Below are positions 26,163 to 35,159 of a stretch of 64,000 bases of DNA, piece by piece. The stretch lies in IMG/VR virus record IMGVR_UViG_3300032293_001706, positions 1-64,000 of that record, one strand, 5' to 3'. Below the pieces are notes generated by a model. The model saw only the letters and a list, made by a program, of their open reading frames with translations, did no database searches and was not told the DNA's origin. The position numbers were made by a program, and so were the translations under genes. Source of the DNA: a virus. How positions within the stretch are numbered: the first letter of the stretch is position 1; every line of letters begins with the position of its first letter.

Positions 26163-27938
26163 ATGTCAATAACAAGAGAACAAGCGTTAATTGAATACGT
26201 AAAATGTGTTAAAAACACACCATATGCTTTAAGGACATATCTTCAAACTTACGACAATACAGTTCAAAAATATGTCCCGTTGGATTTATTCTCAGACCAA
26301 TTATCGTTGGTTGATGATTATGATAATTACGAAGAAAATATTGCTTTAAAATACAGACAAGCTGGTGTATCAACAGTTACAGCCGCTTGGGTTTCAAAAA
26401 AGATTGCGTTTGCAAAAAAAGAAAAACCCGAAAAAATTCTAATCATTGCAAACAAATTAGATACTTCTGTTGAATTTGCAAATAAAATTAAACAATTTAC
26501 CGAACAATGGCCATCTTGGGTTGGTATTGACTTTTCCCCCGAAAAGAATGCCGCCCGACATTGGAAATTAACAAATGGTTGTGAAGTAAAAGCCGTTGCA
26601 ACATCAAACGACGCATTAAGAGGTTATACCCCGACTGTATTGATTTTTGACGAAGCCGCATATATTGAAGCTGGTGATGATTTTTGGGCGGCTTGTATGG
26701 CATCACTTTCAACGGGTGGTAAAGTTATTGTTATTTCAACACCAAATGGTTTTGACGCGATTTATTATCCAATCTATGACCAATCAATTAAGGGTTTAAA
26801 TAATTTCAAAGTCACCGAAATGTTTTGGTGGAGAGACCCAAGATATACAAAAGATTTGGAATTTATCAAAGTAAAAGATATAATACATTATTACTTAAAT
26901 AGGGATGAATATAAAGACGTTGAAAAAATATCTTTTGATGGTGTCCCACAAAATGAAAGAAGTATAGAAGAGTTTAAAAAACTAATTAATGACGGATACA
27001 AACCACATTCAAGTTGGTTTGAAAAAATGGCCAAGAAGTTAAAGTTCGATAGACGTAAAATATCACAAGAACTTGAGTGTAATTTTTTGGGGTCGGGTGA
27101 TAACGTAATTGACAATAAAATAATTGAAATTATCAGGACCGATATGGTTAGACCTCCTGAAACAAAAATGGTTCAAAATCAATTATGGATTTGGAAAGAA
27201 CCACAGGCGGGTCATAGATATATTATGGGTGTTGATGTTAGTCGGGGAGATAGTGAAGATTATACATCAATAGAAATTATAGATTTCGATGAAAGGGAAC
27301 AAGTGGCAGAATACCTTGGAAAGATTCCCCCTGATGTTGCCGCCGAAATTGCCTATAAGTGGGGGGTTTATTATGATGCTTTCATTGTTATTGATATTAC
27401 GGGAGGTATGGGAGTTTCAACATCAAGAAAACTACAAGAAATGGGTTATAAAAATTTATATATTGATGGTGTTAATTATGCAAATGTTTGGAACTATGAC
27501 CCAAAAGCAATGGAAAAGATTCCAGGTATAAATTTCAACTCAAAAAGAGTTCAAATAATATCGGCATTTGAGGAAGGACTAAGACACGGATTCAAAGTTT
27601 ATTCATCAAGGTTACTCAGTGAATTAAATACATTTGTATATATAAATGGAAGACCTGACCATATGAAAGGACATCATGATGATTTAATTATGGCAATTTC
27701 AATGGCTCTATATGTTGGTCAAAATTCATATAATCAATTAGAAAGGGTTACAGAACAAACAAAAGCAATGTTAGATTCTTGGAGCTTACATACAAGTGAG
27801 GTATCAAAATCCGTAACTGAATTTAATCCTGGATTACCTGTAATGTCACCATCATCATATGGAGATAAATTTATGTCAAACCCAACAAGAAGTGATTATG
27901 AAAAATATTCGTGGTTGTTCGGAGGTAGAAGAATGTAA
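26163..27938 (+). CDS. Terminase large subunit (T4 gp17-like)
   Basis: KYRQAGVST Walker A, LIFDEAA Walker B, ISTPNG, QELECNF, nuclease MGVDVSRG and HDDLIMA. Confidence 0.93.
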   Translation: MSITREQALIEYVKCVKNTPYALRTYLQTYDNTVQKYVPLDLFSDQLSLVDDYDNYEENIALKYRQAGVSTVTAAWVSKKIAFAKKEKPEKILIIANKLDTSVEFANKIKQFTEQWPSWVGIDFSPEKNAARHWKLTNGCEVKAVATSNDALRGYTPTVLIFDEAAYIEAGDDFWAACMASLSTGGKVIVISTPNGFDAIYYPIYDQSIKGLNNFKVTEMFWWRDPRYTKDLEFIKVKDIIHYYLNRDEYKDVEKISFDGVPQNERSIEEFKKLINDGYKPHSSWFEKMAKKLKFDRRKISQELECNFLGSGDNVIDNKIIEIIRTDMVRPPETKMVQNQLWIWKEPQAGHRYIMGVDVSRGDSEDYTSIEIIDFDEREQVAEYLGKIPPDVAAEIAYKWGVYYDAFIVIDITGGMGVSTSRKLQEMGYKNLYIDGVNYANVWNYDPKAMEKIPGINFNSKRVQIISAFEEGLRHGFKVYSSRLLSELNTFVYINGRPDHMKGHHDDLIMAISMALYVGQNSYNQLERVTEQTKAMLDSWSLHTSEVSKSVTEFNPGLPVMSPSSYGDKFMSNPTRSDYEKYSWLFGGRRM

Positions 27939-27975
27939 ACTACACAAATAAATGAATTAAAATATATTTATTATA

Positions 27976-30972
27976 ATGGCAGATAATTATACAATATGGC
28001 AAAGACTTACAAGGGTTTTTGGTCCTGATTCAACATTAGGTCAACAACCTCCTGTATATAAGTTTGATAAAAAAGAACTTCTTAAAACAACTGACAAACA
28101 AGAATATGAAAAAGAGAAGTTACAAGCACAACAAAGTTACTATTTAGGTCAACAGTGGGCAAAGATTGAAAACAATTTATATACCCAAGCAATATATTAT
28201 GAACCAACAAGATTAGCGTCATATTATGATTACGAATCGATGGAGTTTTCGATTGCTGGGGATACAAAAATTGCAACACCTGATGGTTTTATAACAATAA
28301 AAGAGTTGGCGGATAAGGGTAGAGATTATGAATTTGTAACTTACGCTTATGACCACAACTTAAATAAAGTGGTTCCCGCAAAAGCAAGAAACGCCCACTA
28401 TACAAGAGATGAGATGACTTATAAAATAACATTTGACGATGGTAGTCATATTATTGCGACATATGGTCATAGATTTTTGAAACGTGATGGTGTGTTTTGT
28501 GAAGTTGAAAATTTGAAACCCGGAGATTCAATGATGCCATTTTATAGAAAATCATTCTATGCAAATGAAAAGTATAATTGGGTTTATACTTGTAATAAAA
28601 ATGAAGGTCATAATGGATGGATTAGTGAACATAATTTAATAGCTGAGTGGTTCTATGATAAGAAAGTATTAGAAGATGAAGAAGTTCATCATATAGACTT
28701 TAATGGTAAAAATAACTTACCTGAAAATTTACAAATAATGAAAATTTCAAAACATAGAGCATATCATGCTAGATTAAACAATGAAAAACTTTGGTCGAAT
28801 CCTGAATATAGACAAAAAATGTCTGAAACGGCAAGACGTAAAGGTAAGTTAAAATGGGACGGAAAAAGAAAAGGTCAAAATAATCCTTCATATATTAAAT
28901 TGTCATTTAACTTATTAGTTAATACCGCAAAAGAATATAGGACTTTAGAAAAAACGTCAAAAGTTTTAGGGGTATCAATCAAAAAAATACAAAATGAATT
29001 AAGATTTAATGGGTTCAAATGTTGGGATGACTTTTTAAAATTTTATAATCTTAAAAAATATCATAAAAATACTGAAAATTATGAATTATTAGATTTTAAA
29101 CTAATACCTTGGGACTTACTTATTGATACCGCAAAGAAGGGAAAAACAATGCAAAATGTTTGTGATACTTTAGGAATTACTTTTGGTAAATTAAGGTCGA
29201 CAATAAGACAAGGAGGGTATAGAAATTGGACAACATTTATGGATGCGTATGGTTTAGAATATGGTAAAGTTGGTAGAAAAAAACCAGTTGAATCTAATTT
29301 ATTAAATCATAAAATAGTATCTATTGAACCTTATGGCGTTGTACCTGTTTATGATTTAACAGTTCCTGGATACAAAAATTTTGCAACCGATACCATCTTT
29401 TCACACAATACTCCTGAAATATCAACTGCTTTAGATATTTACGCTGAAGAATCTACAACAACAAATGAAGATGGATACATATTACAAATATATTCAGAGT
29501 CTTCACGTATAAAAGGAGTTTTGGCTGATTTATTTAATAATAGGTTAGATATTAATACTAACCTACCAATGTGGACTAGAAACACCTGTAAATATGGTGA
29601 CAATTTTGTATACTTAAAACTTGACCCTGAAAAAGGAATTGTAGGTTGTCAACAACTACCAAATATTGAAATTGAGCGTTTGGAAAGGGGTATGAAGATA
29701 AAACCTTCACATAGTACATCTGAAGATGCAAAATCCTTAAAATTTGTATGGAAAGTTAAGGATATGGAGTTTAATACTTGGGAAATTGCCCACTTTAGAT
29801 TATTGGGTGATGACAGAAAACTTCCGTATGGAACAAGTATGTTGGAAAAAGCAAGAAGAACTTGGAAACAACTATTACTTTCTGAAGATGCAATGTTAAT
29901 TTATAGAACATCAAGAGCACCTGAAAGAAGAGTATTTAAAATATTTGTTGGAAATATGGATGATAAAGATGTTGAACCATATATCCAAAGAATTGCAAAT
30001 AAATTCAAACGTGACCAAGTTGTTGACCCAAAAAGTGGTAATGTTGATTTACGTATGAATCAAATGGCTGTTGACCAAGATTTCTTTATTCCTGTCCGTG
30101 ATGCCGCACAAACAAGTCCAATCGAAACATTACAGGGAGCACAAAATCTGTCTGAAATTGCCGATATCGAATACATTCAAAAGAAATTACTAACAGCATT
30201 ACGTGTTCCAAAAGCGTTTTTAGGTTTTGAAGAAGTTGTTGGTGATGGTAAAAACTTGGCATTACAAGACATTCGTTTTGCAAGAACAATCAATAGAATC
30301 CAAAAATCAATGATTCAAGAGTTAAATAAGATTGCAATTATTCACTTGTTCATATTAGGGTTTGAGGATGAATTAACAAACTTTACATTGGGTCTAACAA
30401 ATCCATCAACACAGGCAGATTTGTTAAAAATTGACACTTGGAAAGAAAAAATCACTTTATATAAAGACGCAGTATCCGACCCAGGTCTTGGAATACAACC
30501 AGTTTCCGCAACTTGGGCAAAGAAACATATTCTTGGATTTTCTGATGAAGAAATTAAGTTGGATATTCAACAACAAAGAATTGAAAGAGCGGTAGGCGCC
30601 GAACTTCAAAAAACCGCTGAGGTTATTATTCATACAGGCTTGTTTGATAATATTGATAAGTTATATGGTAAAAAACCTGGTGAAGCGGCTGGAGAAGCAC
30701 CTCCGACAGGTGGTGAACCATCAGATATGGGTGGTGGACCTCCCGATATTGGTGGTGGTGGACCTCCCGATATTGGTGGTCCTGAAGGAATGGAAATGCC
30801 AAGCGCTCCAACAGGAGGACCTGAATTGGCACCTGAATCAAAACTTGAAAAAGATATGAATTTAATTCTTGAAGATAATATGATAACAGGTGTTGATGAG
30901 ATTGATTTATCAAAAGGAAGGAAATCTTTATTGGAGATTGAAAATAAATTAGATGATTTATTAAATAAATAA
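27976..30972 (+). CDS. Portal protein (T4 gp20-like) with intein
   Basis: DYESME...PEISTALDIY, YRTSRAPERRVFKIFVGN, DFFIPVR, IETLQGAQNL, LRVPKAFL. Confidence 0.93.
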   Translation: MADNYTIWQRLTRVFGPDSTLGQQPPVYKFDKKELLKTTDKQEYEKEKLQAQQSYYLGQQWAKIENNLYTQAIYYEPTRLASYYDYESMEFSIAGDTKIATPDGFITIKELADKGRDYEFVTYAYDHNLNKVVPAKARNAHYTRDEMTYKITFDDGSHIIATYGHRFLKRDGVFCEVENLKPGDSMMPFYRKSFYANEKYNWVYTCNKNEGHNGWISEHNLIAEWFYDKKVLEDEEVHHIDFNGKNNLPENLQIMKISKHRAYHARLNNEKLWSNPEYRQKMSETARRKGKLKWDGKRKGQNNPSYIKLSFNLLVNTAKEYRTLEKTSKVLGVSIKKIQNELRFNGFKCWDDFLKFYNLKKYHKNTENYELLDFKLIPWDLLIDTAKKGKTMQNVCDTLGITFGKLRSTIRQGGYRNWTTFMDAYGLEYGKVGRKKPVESNLLNHKIVSIEPYGVVPVYDLTVPGYKNFATDTIFSHNTPEISTALDIYAEESTTTNEDGYILQIYSESSRIKGVLADLFNNRLDINTNLPMWTRNTCKYGDNFVYLKLDPEKGIVGCQQLPNIEIERLERGMKIKPSHSTSEDAKSLKFVWKVKDMEFNTWEIAHFRLLGDDRKLPYGTSMLEKARRTWKQLLLSEDAMLIYRTSRAPERRVFKIFVGNMDDKDVEPYIQRIANKFKRDQVVDPKSGNVDLRMNQMAVDQDFFIPVRDAAQTSPIETLQGAQNLSEIADIEYIQKKLLTALRVPKAFLGFEEVVGDGKNLALQDIRFARTINRIQKSMIQELNKIAIIHLFILGFEDELTNFTLGLTNPSTQADLLKIDTWKEKITLYKDAVSDPGLGIQPVSATWAKKHILGFSDEEIKLDIQQQRIERAVGAELQKTAEVIIHTGLFDNIDKLYGKKPGEAAGEAPPTGGEPSDMGGGPPDIGGGGPPDIGGPEGMEMPSAPTGGPELAPESKLEKDMNLILEDNMITGVDEIDLSKGRKSLLEIENKLDDLLNK
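28249..29409 (+). mobile_element. 387-aa intein with HNH endonuclease in the portal gene
   Basis: Starts SIAGDTKI, block B ATYGH, HNH core EVHHIDFNGKNNLPENL, ends VYDLTV...FSHN with +1 Thr. Confidence 0.88.
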
Positions 30973-30985
30973 TATATTTATTAAT

Positions 30986-31714
30986 ATGAGAAACTTTGGA
31001 AAATTAAAAAGCATCGTTGAAAACGCTTTGGTTGAAAATTATAAAAAACCAGAATTTAAAACTATTATTAAAGAATTTAATGAACTAATAAAAAACAATA
31101 AATCTGTTGGTAGGGTTTATTTGAATTATGGTTCAATAATGAAAATAAATAATCTATCTGAAAATATTGCAAACGAATTTTTGGATATTTCAATTCAAGA
31201 TATTAAAACCACGATTAAAGAAAATAAAAAAGAATTTGTTGAATTTGACGCTTGGGTTGAAACCTTAGATGAAAATGTTGAAAATAAATATCAATTATTG
31301 GATGATTTAGTTTTCGCAAAAACCGCAGAAGATTTTATTAAACTTTTGGAATCAAAAAACAAATTAAGAAAGATGTTAACTGAATCCAAAAAAGAAGAAA
31401 AACAATTGACGGAAACAATTAACATACCTATTGACAGCATGTTTAATGTGGCAGCAGATACTTTTTCAAAAGAATATTCAAGTTTAAGTGAATCACAATT
31501 ATTTGAATTAAAATCAATTTTGAGATTAACCGAAGACGAATTGAAAGAGGGTATTGAAAGATTAAAAAATGAAATACTCAATAAGTTGAATACTGTTTCT
31601 ATTTCAGATGAAGAAACAAAAAATAAGATTGAAGAAACAAAAGAAAAAGTAAAAAATACTATTGTTGATTCGATTTCTTATTACAAACTCAAGAAACTTT
31701 CAGAAGGTATTTAA
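30986..31714 (+). CDS. Hypothetical helical protein downstream of the portal
   Basis: 242-aa ORF; TATTTAT at 30975-30981. Confidence 0.75.
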   Translation: MRNFGKLKSIVENALVENYKKPEFKTIIKEFNELIKNNKSVGRVYLNYGSIMKINNLSENIANEFLDISIQDIKTTIKENKKEFVEFDAWVETLDENVENKYQLLDDLVFAKTAEDFIKLLESKNKLRKMLTESKKEEKQLTETINIPIDSMFNVAADTFSKEYSSLSESQLFELKSILRLTEDELKEGIERLKNEILNKLNTVSISDEETKNKIEETKEKVKNTIVDSISYYKLKKLSEGI

Positions 31715-31959
31715 ACTGAGGTTGTATCGGATGATTTTCTTTTTGTGAAAATTGCTTCAATTGAAGTAAATCCGAAAAAACTACCACAAAGAAAAGATAA
31801 TGCATCGTACATATATTCGGGACATATTCCGTCTTTTCTTGATGCAACATAAGCCAAGATTATTAAATTCACTAAGGTAACTATTCCGACAAATCTTTTT
31901 GAAGATACATCGGTATTACTTCCCAACAATTTTTTTATAAAATCTTTTAATGATTCCAT
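31711..31959 (-). CDS. Small protein with two predicted transmembrane segments
   Basis: SSKRFVGIVTLVNLIILAYV and ALSFLCGSFFGFTSI. Confidence 0.65.
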   Translation of the reverse strand: MESLKDFIKKLLGSNTDVSSKRFVGIVTLVNLIILAYVASRKDGICPEYMYDALSFLCGSFFGFTSIEAIFTKRKSSDTTSV

Positions 31960-31960
31960 A

Positions 31961-32155
31961 TTATTTTGATTCTAAATCTTGTTTATATTGTTTATATTTT
32001 GCTTTCCTAATCTTTTCTCTTTTTAATGTTGATTTTTTAACGTGCTCTTTCCGTCTTTTTAATTCCTCAATTTGTCCACTGGTAATCACTTTAGATTTAT
32101 ATTTTTTAAGTGCCTTATCCAAATTTTCACTTTTTTCTACTTTTATTATAATCAT
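31961..32155 (-). CDS. rpsU: Ribosomal protein bS21
   Basis: MIIIKVEKSENLDKALKKYKSKV...EELKRRKEHVKKS...KAKY; 64 aa from ATG 32155. Confidence 0.88.
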   Translation of the reverse strand: MIIIKVEKSENLDKALKKYKSKVITSGQIEELKRRKEHVKKSTLKREKIRKAKYKQYKQDLESK

Positions 32156-32274
32156 ATTTCCTATTTTATCAGATAAATATAACAATTTTTTTATTATGAA
32201 ACTTATAATTTGTTTAATAATTTATTTTTTATTATATTACGAGAAAATAAACAATAATAAAATGAAAAAGTTAG

Positions 32275-32724
32275 GTGATGAAAAAAGGGAAAACGTCCAA
32301 ATTGGACTTATACAATGAATGTAAATGTTATTATGGTAGCGTAGATACAACAGAATTAAAATCAATTTATTTGGTATTACAAACGTGGGTAACACCAACT
32401 GTCGAAAAAGAAAATTGGAACACAACGGTGGGTTCAATAACAAGGACAATAAAACATAAAATATATGAACTCTTAAATCGAGAAATGTTTAGAGACCGAT
32501 TTATAGTTGATTTGGATTTAAGGACCAGCGGATTAAAAACATCAAAATCATCATTTTTAAATTTGGAAATAACTTTCTTTACAAAAGAAAATATCGAATT
32601 TAAATCAAATAAATTATGTGATGAATTAAAGAAAATTACCGAAGAAATATATCATGATGTATTATCAAATTCAAAATATTTTACAATTCAATACTCAAAA
32701 ACAAGAGAAAAAGTAAAACTTTGA
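32275..32724 (+). CDS. Conserved-looking hypothetical protein between rpsU and the protease
   Basis: 149-aa ORF, YGSVD...KSIYL...FIVDLDLRTSG...SFLNLEITFF. Confidence 0.75.
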   Translation: MMKKGKTSKLDLYNECKCYYGSVDTTELKSIYLVLQTWVTPTVEKENWNTTVGSITRTIKHKIYELLNREMFRDRFIVDLDLRTSGLKTSKSSFLNLEITFFTKENIEFKSNKLCDELKKITEEIYHDVLSNSKYFTIQYSKTREKVKL

Positions 32725-32758
32725 CATTCTATTATATTTATAGTGAAAAGAAATTATA

Positions 32759-33478
32759 ATGGAAAGACAACACAGACTAAATGACGGTAGATATCTCTTA
32801 ATTGAGTATGATGCAGGCAGCGTAAGTTGGAAAGATTCCTTAACTGAAAATTTTCATTCTGCAGGTAAAACTCAACTCGAACATTCAAAACCATTTATAT
32901 TTTATGCAACATTACAAAAATATGGTGTTCCTAATAGAAATGGAAGAATTTATCCTGAAAGGATATTAAAAAGAGAAGCTGACAAATATAAGATGTTGAT
33001 TGAAAAAGGATTATCAACATCTGAATTAAATCACCCTGAATCATCATTAATTGACTTGGACAGGGTTTCACATATCATTGATGATATTTGGTGGGACGAT
33101 AACGTCTTAATGGGTAAATTAAGACTATTAACATCGCCAGGTTTCCACGAAAGAGGTGTCGTATCAACAAAAGGTGACATCGCAGCAAACTTAATGAGAC
33201 AAGGTGTAAGGATGGGTATATCTTCAAGAGGGGTAGGTTCTTTGGAAAAAAGAGGTGAATACAACGAAGTGAAAGATGATTATGAATTTATTTGTTTTGA
33301 CTTGGTTATGAATCCTTCAACACCTGGAGCGTATCTTTATCTTAATAAAGATGATAGAAAATTATATGATGAAAATTTGGAGTCAGATAAAAAAACAATT
33401 CAAACAACAAATTATGGTGGTTTAGATAAATCACTTGACTTAATGACAAAATTAAACGATTTTTTGGGATATAGATAA
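32759..33478 (+). CDS. Prohead protease (T4 gp21-like)
   Basis: NRNGRIYP, ELNHPE, GISSRGVGSL, FDLVMNPSTPGAY. Confidence 0.92.
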   Translation: MERQHRLNDGRYLLIEYDAGSVSWKDSLTENFHSAGKTQLEHSKPFIFYATLQKYGVPNRNGRIYPERILKREADKYKMLIEKGLSTSELNHPESSLIDLDRVSHIIDDIWWDDNVLMGKLRLLTSPGFHERGVVSTKGDIAANLMRQGVRMGISSRGVGSLEKRGEYNEVKDDYEFICFDLVMNPSTPGAYLYLNKDDRKLYDENLESDKKTIQTTNYGGLDKSLDLMTKLNDFLGYR

Positions 33479-33489
33479 AATTAATTATT

Positions 33490-33696
33490 ATGGACCAAAA
33501 ATTCTTTGTAGCAAAAATTCAGTATGACCTGATTGATGATTCAGGTAAATTAAAAAAAGTAAGGGAAGAAAAACTTGTTAAGGGGTATTCTGTTACCGAT
33601 GTGGAAGCTAAAGTCACAGAAAAATTTAAAGGGTTTCAGCACGATTGGAGAATAACCGCAGTTGCTGAAAGCAAGATTGACGAAGTGTTTGAATAA
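33490..33696 (+). CDS. Small hypothetical protein (DUF4494-like)
   Basis: FFVAKIQY...KKVREEKLVKGYSVTDVEAKV. Confidence 0.65.
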   Translation: MDQKFFVAKIQYDLIDDSGKLKKVREEKLVKGYSVTDVEAKVTEKFKGFQHDWRITAVAESKIDEVFE

Positions 33697-33718
33697 TATT
33701 TTATTACTTTTTTTTGAG

Positions 33719-33746
33719 AAAAACCCGATTTTTATCGGGTTTTTTT
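33719..33746 (+). terminator. Intrinsic terminator
   Basis: AAAAACCCGAT-TTTT-ATCGGGTTTTTTT. Confidence 0.85.
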
Positions 33747-33826
33747 ATTTTTATCCCATCCCAACTTAACTTTTTTGCAATATGTACATATTTATATGAA
33801 AAATAAAGAAAATTTATTGCTAAAAA

Positions 33827-35128
33827 ATGAGTACAGAAAAAAAATCATTAGTTGAAGAAGCTTTACTACAAATGAAAAATTTGCAGAATGTAGTTTCTGA
33901 AAATGCAAAAGGAATACTTTCTTCTACAATGAAGGAAGAAATCGAAGAGTTGGTAAAAGAGTCTTTGGAAGAAGAGACTGAAGATGAAATAATGGGTAGT
34001 GAGTCTTACACAGAAGAAGGTCCCGAAGGGATGGAAGGTGAAGAAGAAGATTCTATGACCATTGATATGTCAAACACAGACATGGGTGATGATTCGGAAG
34101 AAATTACAATGTCAAATGTTGACATGACAGACGATGAAATCGAACCTTTGGACATGACAAATGCATCAGATGATGAATTGTTGAAGATTGTTTTGGGTAT
34201 GGGTGATGAGGATAGACTTATCGTTCAAAAATCAGGAGACAATATTCAAGCTGACATGTTGACCAAAACTGATTCAATGTCTTTCCCAGCACAAGGTGAA
34301 CTTGAAATGGGTGATGAATCTGAAATTGACTATGAAAATGAAATGGGTGACGATTCTGAGGAATCAGAAGAAATTGTCTATGAAATCGAAATGGAAGATG
34401 ATGAAGATGAAATGGAAGATGATGAAGATGAAAAAGAAGGTATGATGGAGTCAAAAGGTAAAACTTATCTTGGTGTAGGTATGGGTAAAGGACCTAAAAA
34501 AGATGTTTTCAAAAAAGGTGAAAACATGGGTAAAGGATTCAATGATGATAAAAAATTCGCACCTGAAGCTAAAAAGTTTGTTAAAGGTGAATTTAAAGAA
34601 TCCGCAATCGAAGAAATTGAAGAGGAATCCAATGAAGGAGAAATGGAAGAAGCTGCAAGAACTTTGGGTAATGGTAAAAGAAATTTCCCAAAAAGGCATG
34701 GTCTTCCAAAAATGAAAGTTGTAACCAACAGTGCTTTAGAAGAAGAAGTTAGAGTTTTAAGGTTGAAAAATGAAGAATACAGAAAAGCTCTTAACATCTT
34801 CAGAGAAAAACTTAATGAGGTTGCAGTTTTCAATTCAAATTTGGCTTACGCTACAAGATTGTTCACTGAACACACAACTACAAAACAAGAAAAAATAAAC
34901 ATCATGAGACGTTTTGATAACGTCGAAACAATCAAGGAATCTAAAAACCTTTATAGTCTAATTAAAGACGAATTGGGTTCTAAGAGTAATAACGTTGTGA
35001 AAGAATCTATCGTTGAAAACATCGATAGAACACCTTCAAACGGTTCTACAAACTTGATTGAAAGTAAGACATATGAAAATCCACAATTCCTAAGAATGAA
35101 GGATTTAATGTCAAAATTAAACAAATAA
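33827..35128 (+). CDS. Prohead core/scaffold protein (T4 gp22-like)
   Basis: Very acidic, lies between protease and capsid gene; LNEVAVFNSNLAYATRLF C-terminal region. Confidence 0.8.
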   Translation: MSTEKKSLVEEALLQMKNLQNVVSENAKGILSSTMKEEIEELVKESLEEETEDEIMGSESYTEEGPEGMEGEEEDSMTIDMSNTDMGDDSEEITMSNVDMTDDEIEPLDMTNASDDELLKIVLGMGDEDRLIVQKSGDNIQADMLTKTDSMSFPAQGELEMGDESEIDYENEMGDDSEESEEIVYEIEMEDDEDEMEDDEDEKEGMMESKGKTYLGVGMGKGPKKDVFKKGENMGKGFNDDKKFAPEAKKFVKGEFKESAIEEIEEESNEGEMEEAARTLGNGKRNFPKRHGLPKMKVVTNSALEEEVRVLRLKNEEYRKALNIFREKLNEVAVFNSNLAYATRLFTEHTTTKQEKINIMRRFDNVETIKESKNLYSLIKDELGSKSNNVVKESIVENIDRTPSNGSTNLIESKTYENPQFLRMKDLMSKLNK

Positions 35129-35159
35129 ACTAAACTAAACAAATTAATAAAAAACTAAA

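Noticed and set aside
26163-27938. Intein in the terminase large subunit
   Set aside because: ATPase and nuclease motifs are contiguous at normal spacing; no intein blocks found.
30730-30780. GGPPDI tandem repeat in the portal C-terminus
   Set aside because: Short duplication in a low-complexity Gly/Pro tail; no sign of special function.
32156-32165. Shine-Dalgarno (AGGA) upstream of rpsU suggesting autoregulation
   Set aside because: Only a 4-5 nt match and 3 nt from the ATG; too weak to support.
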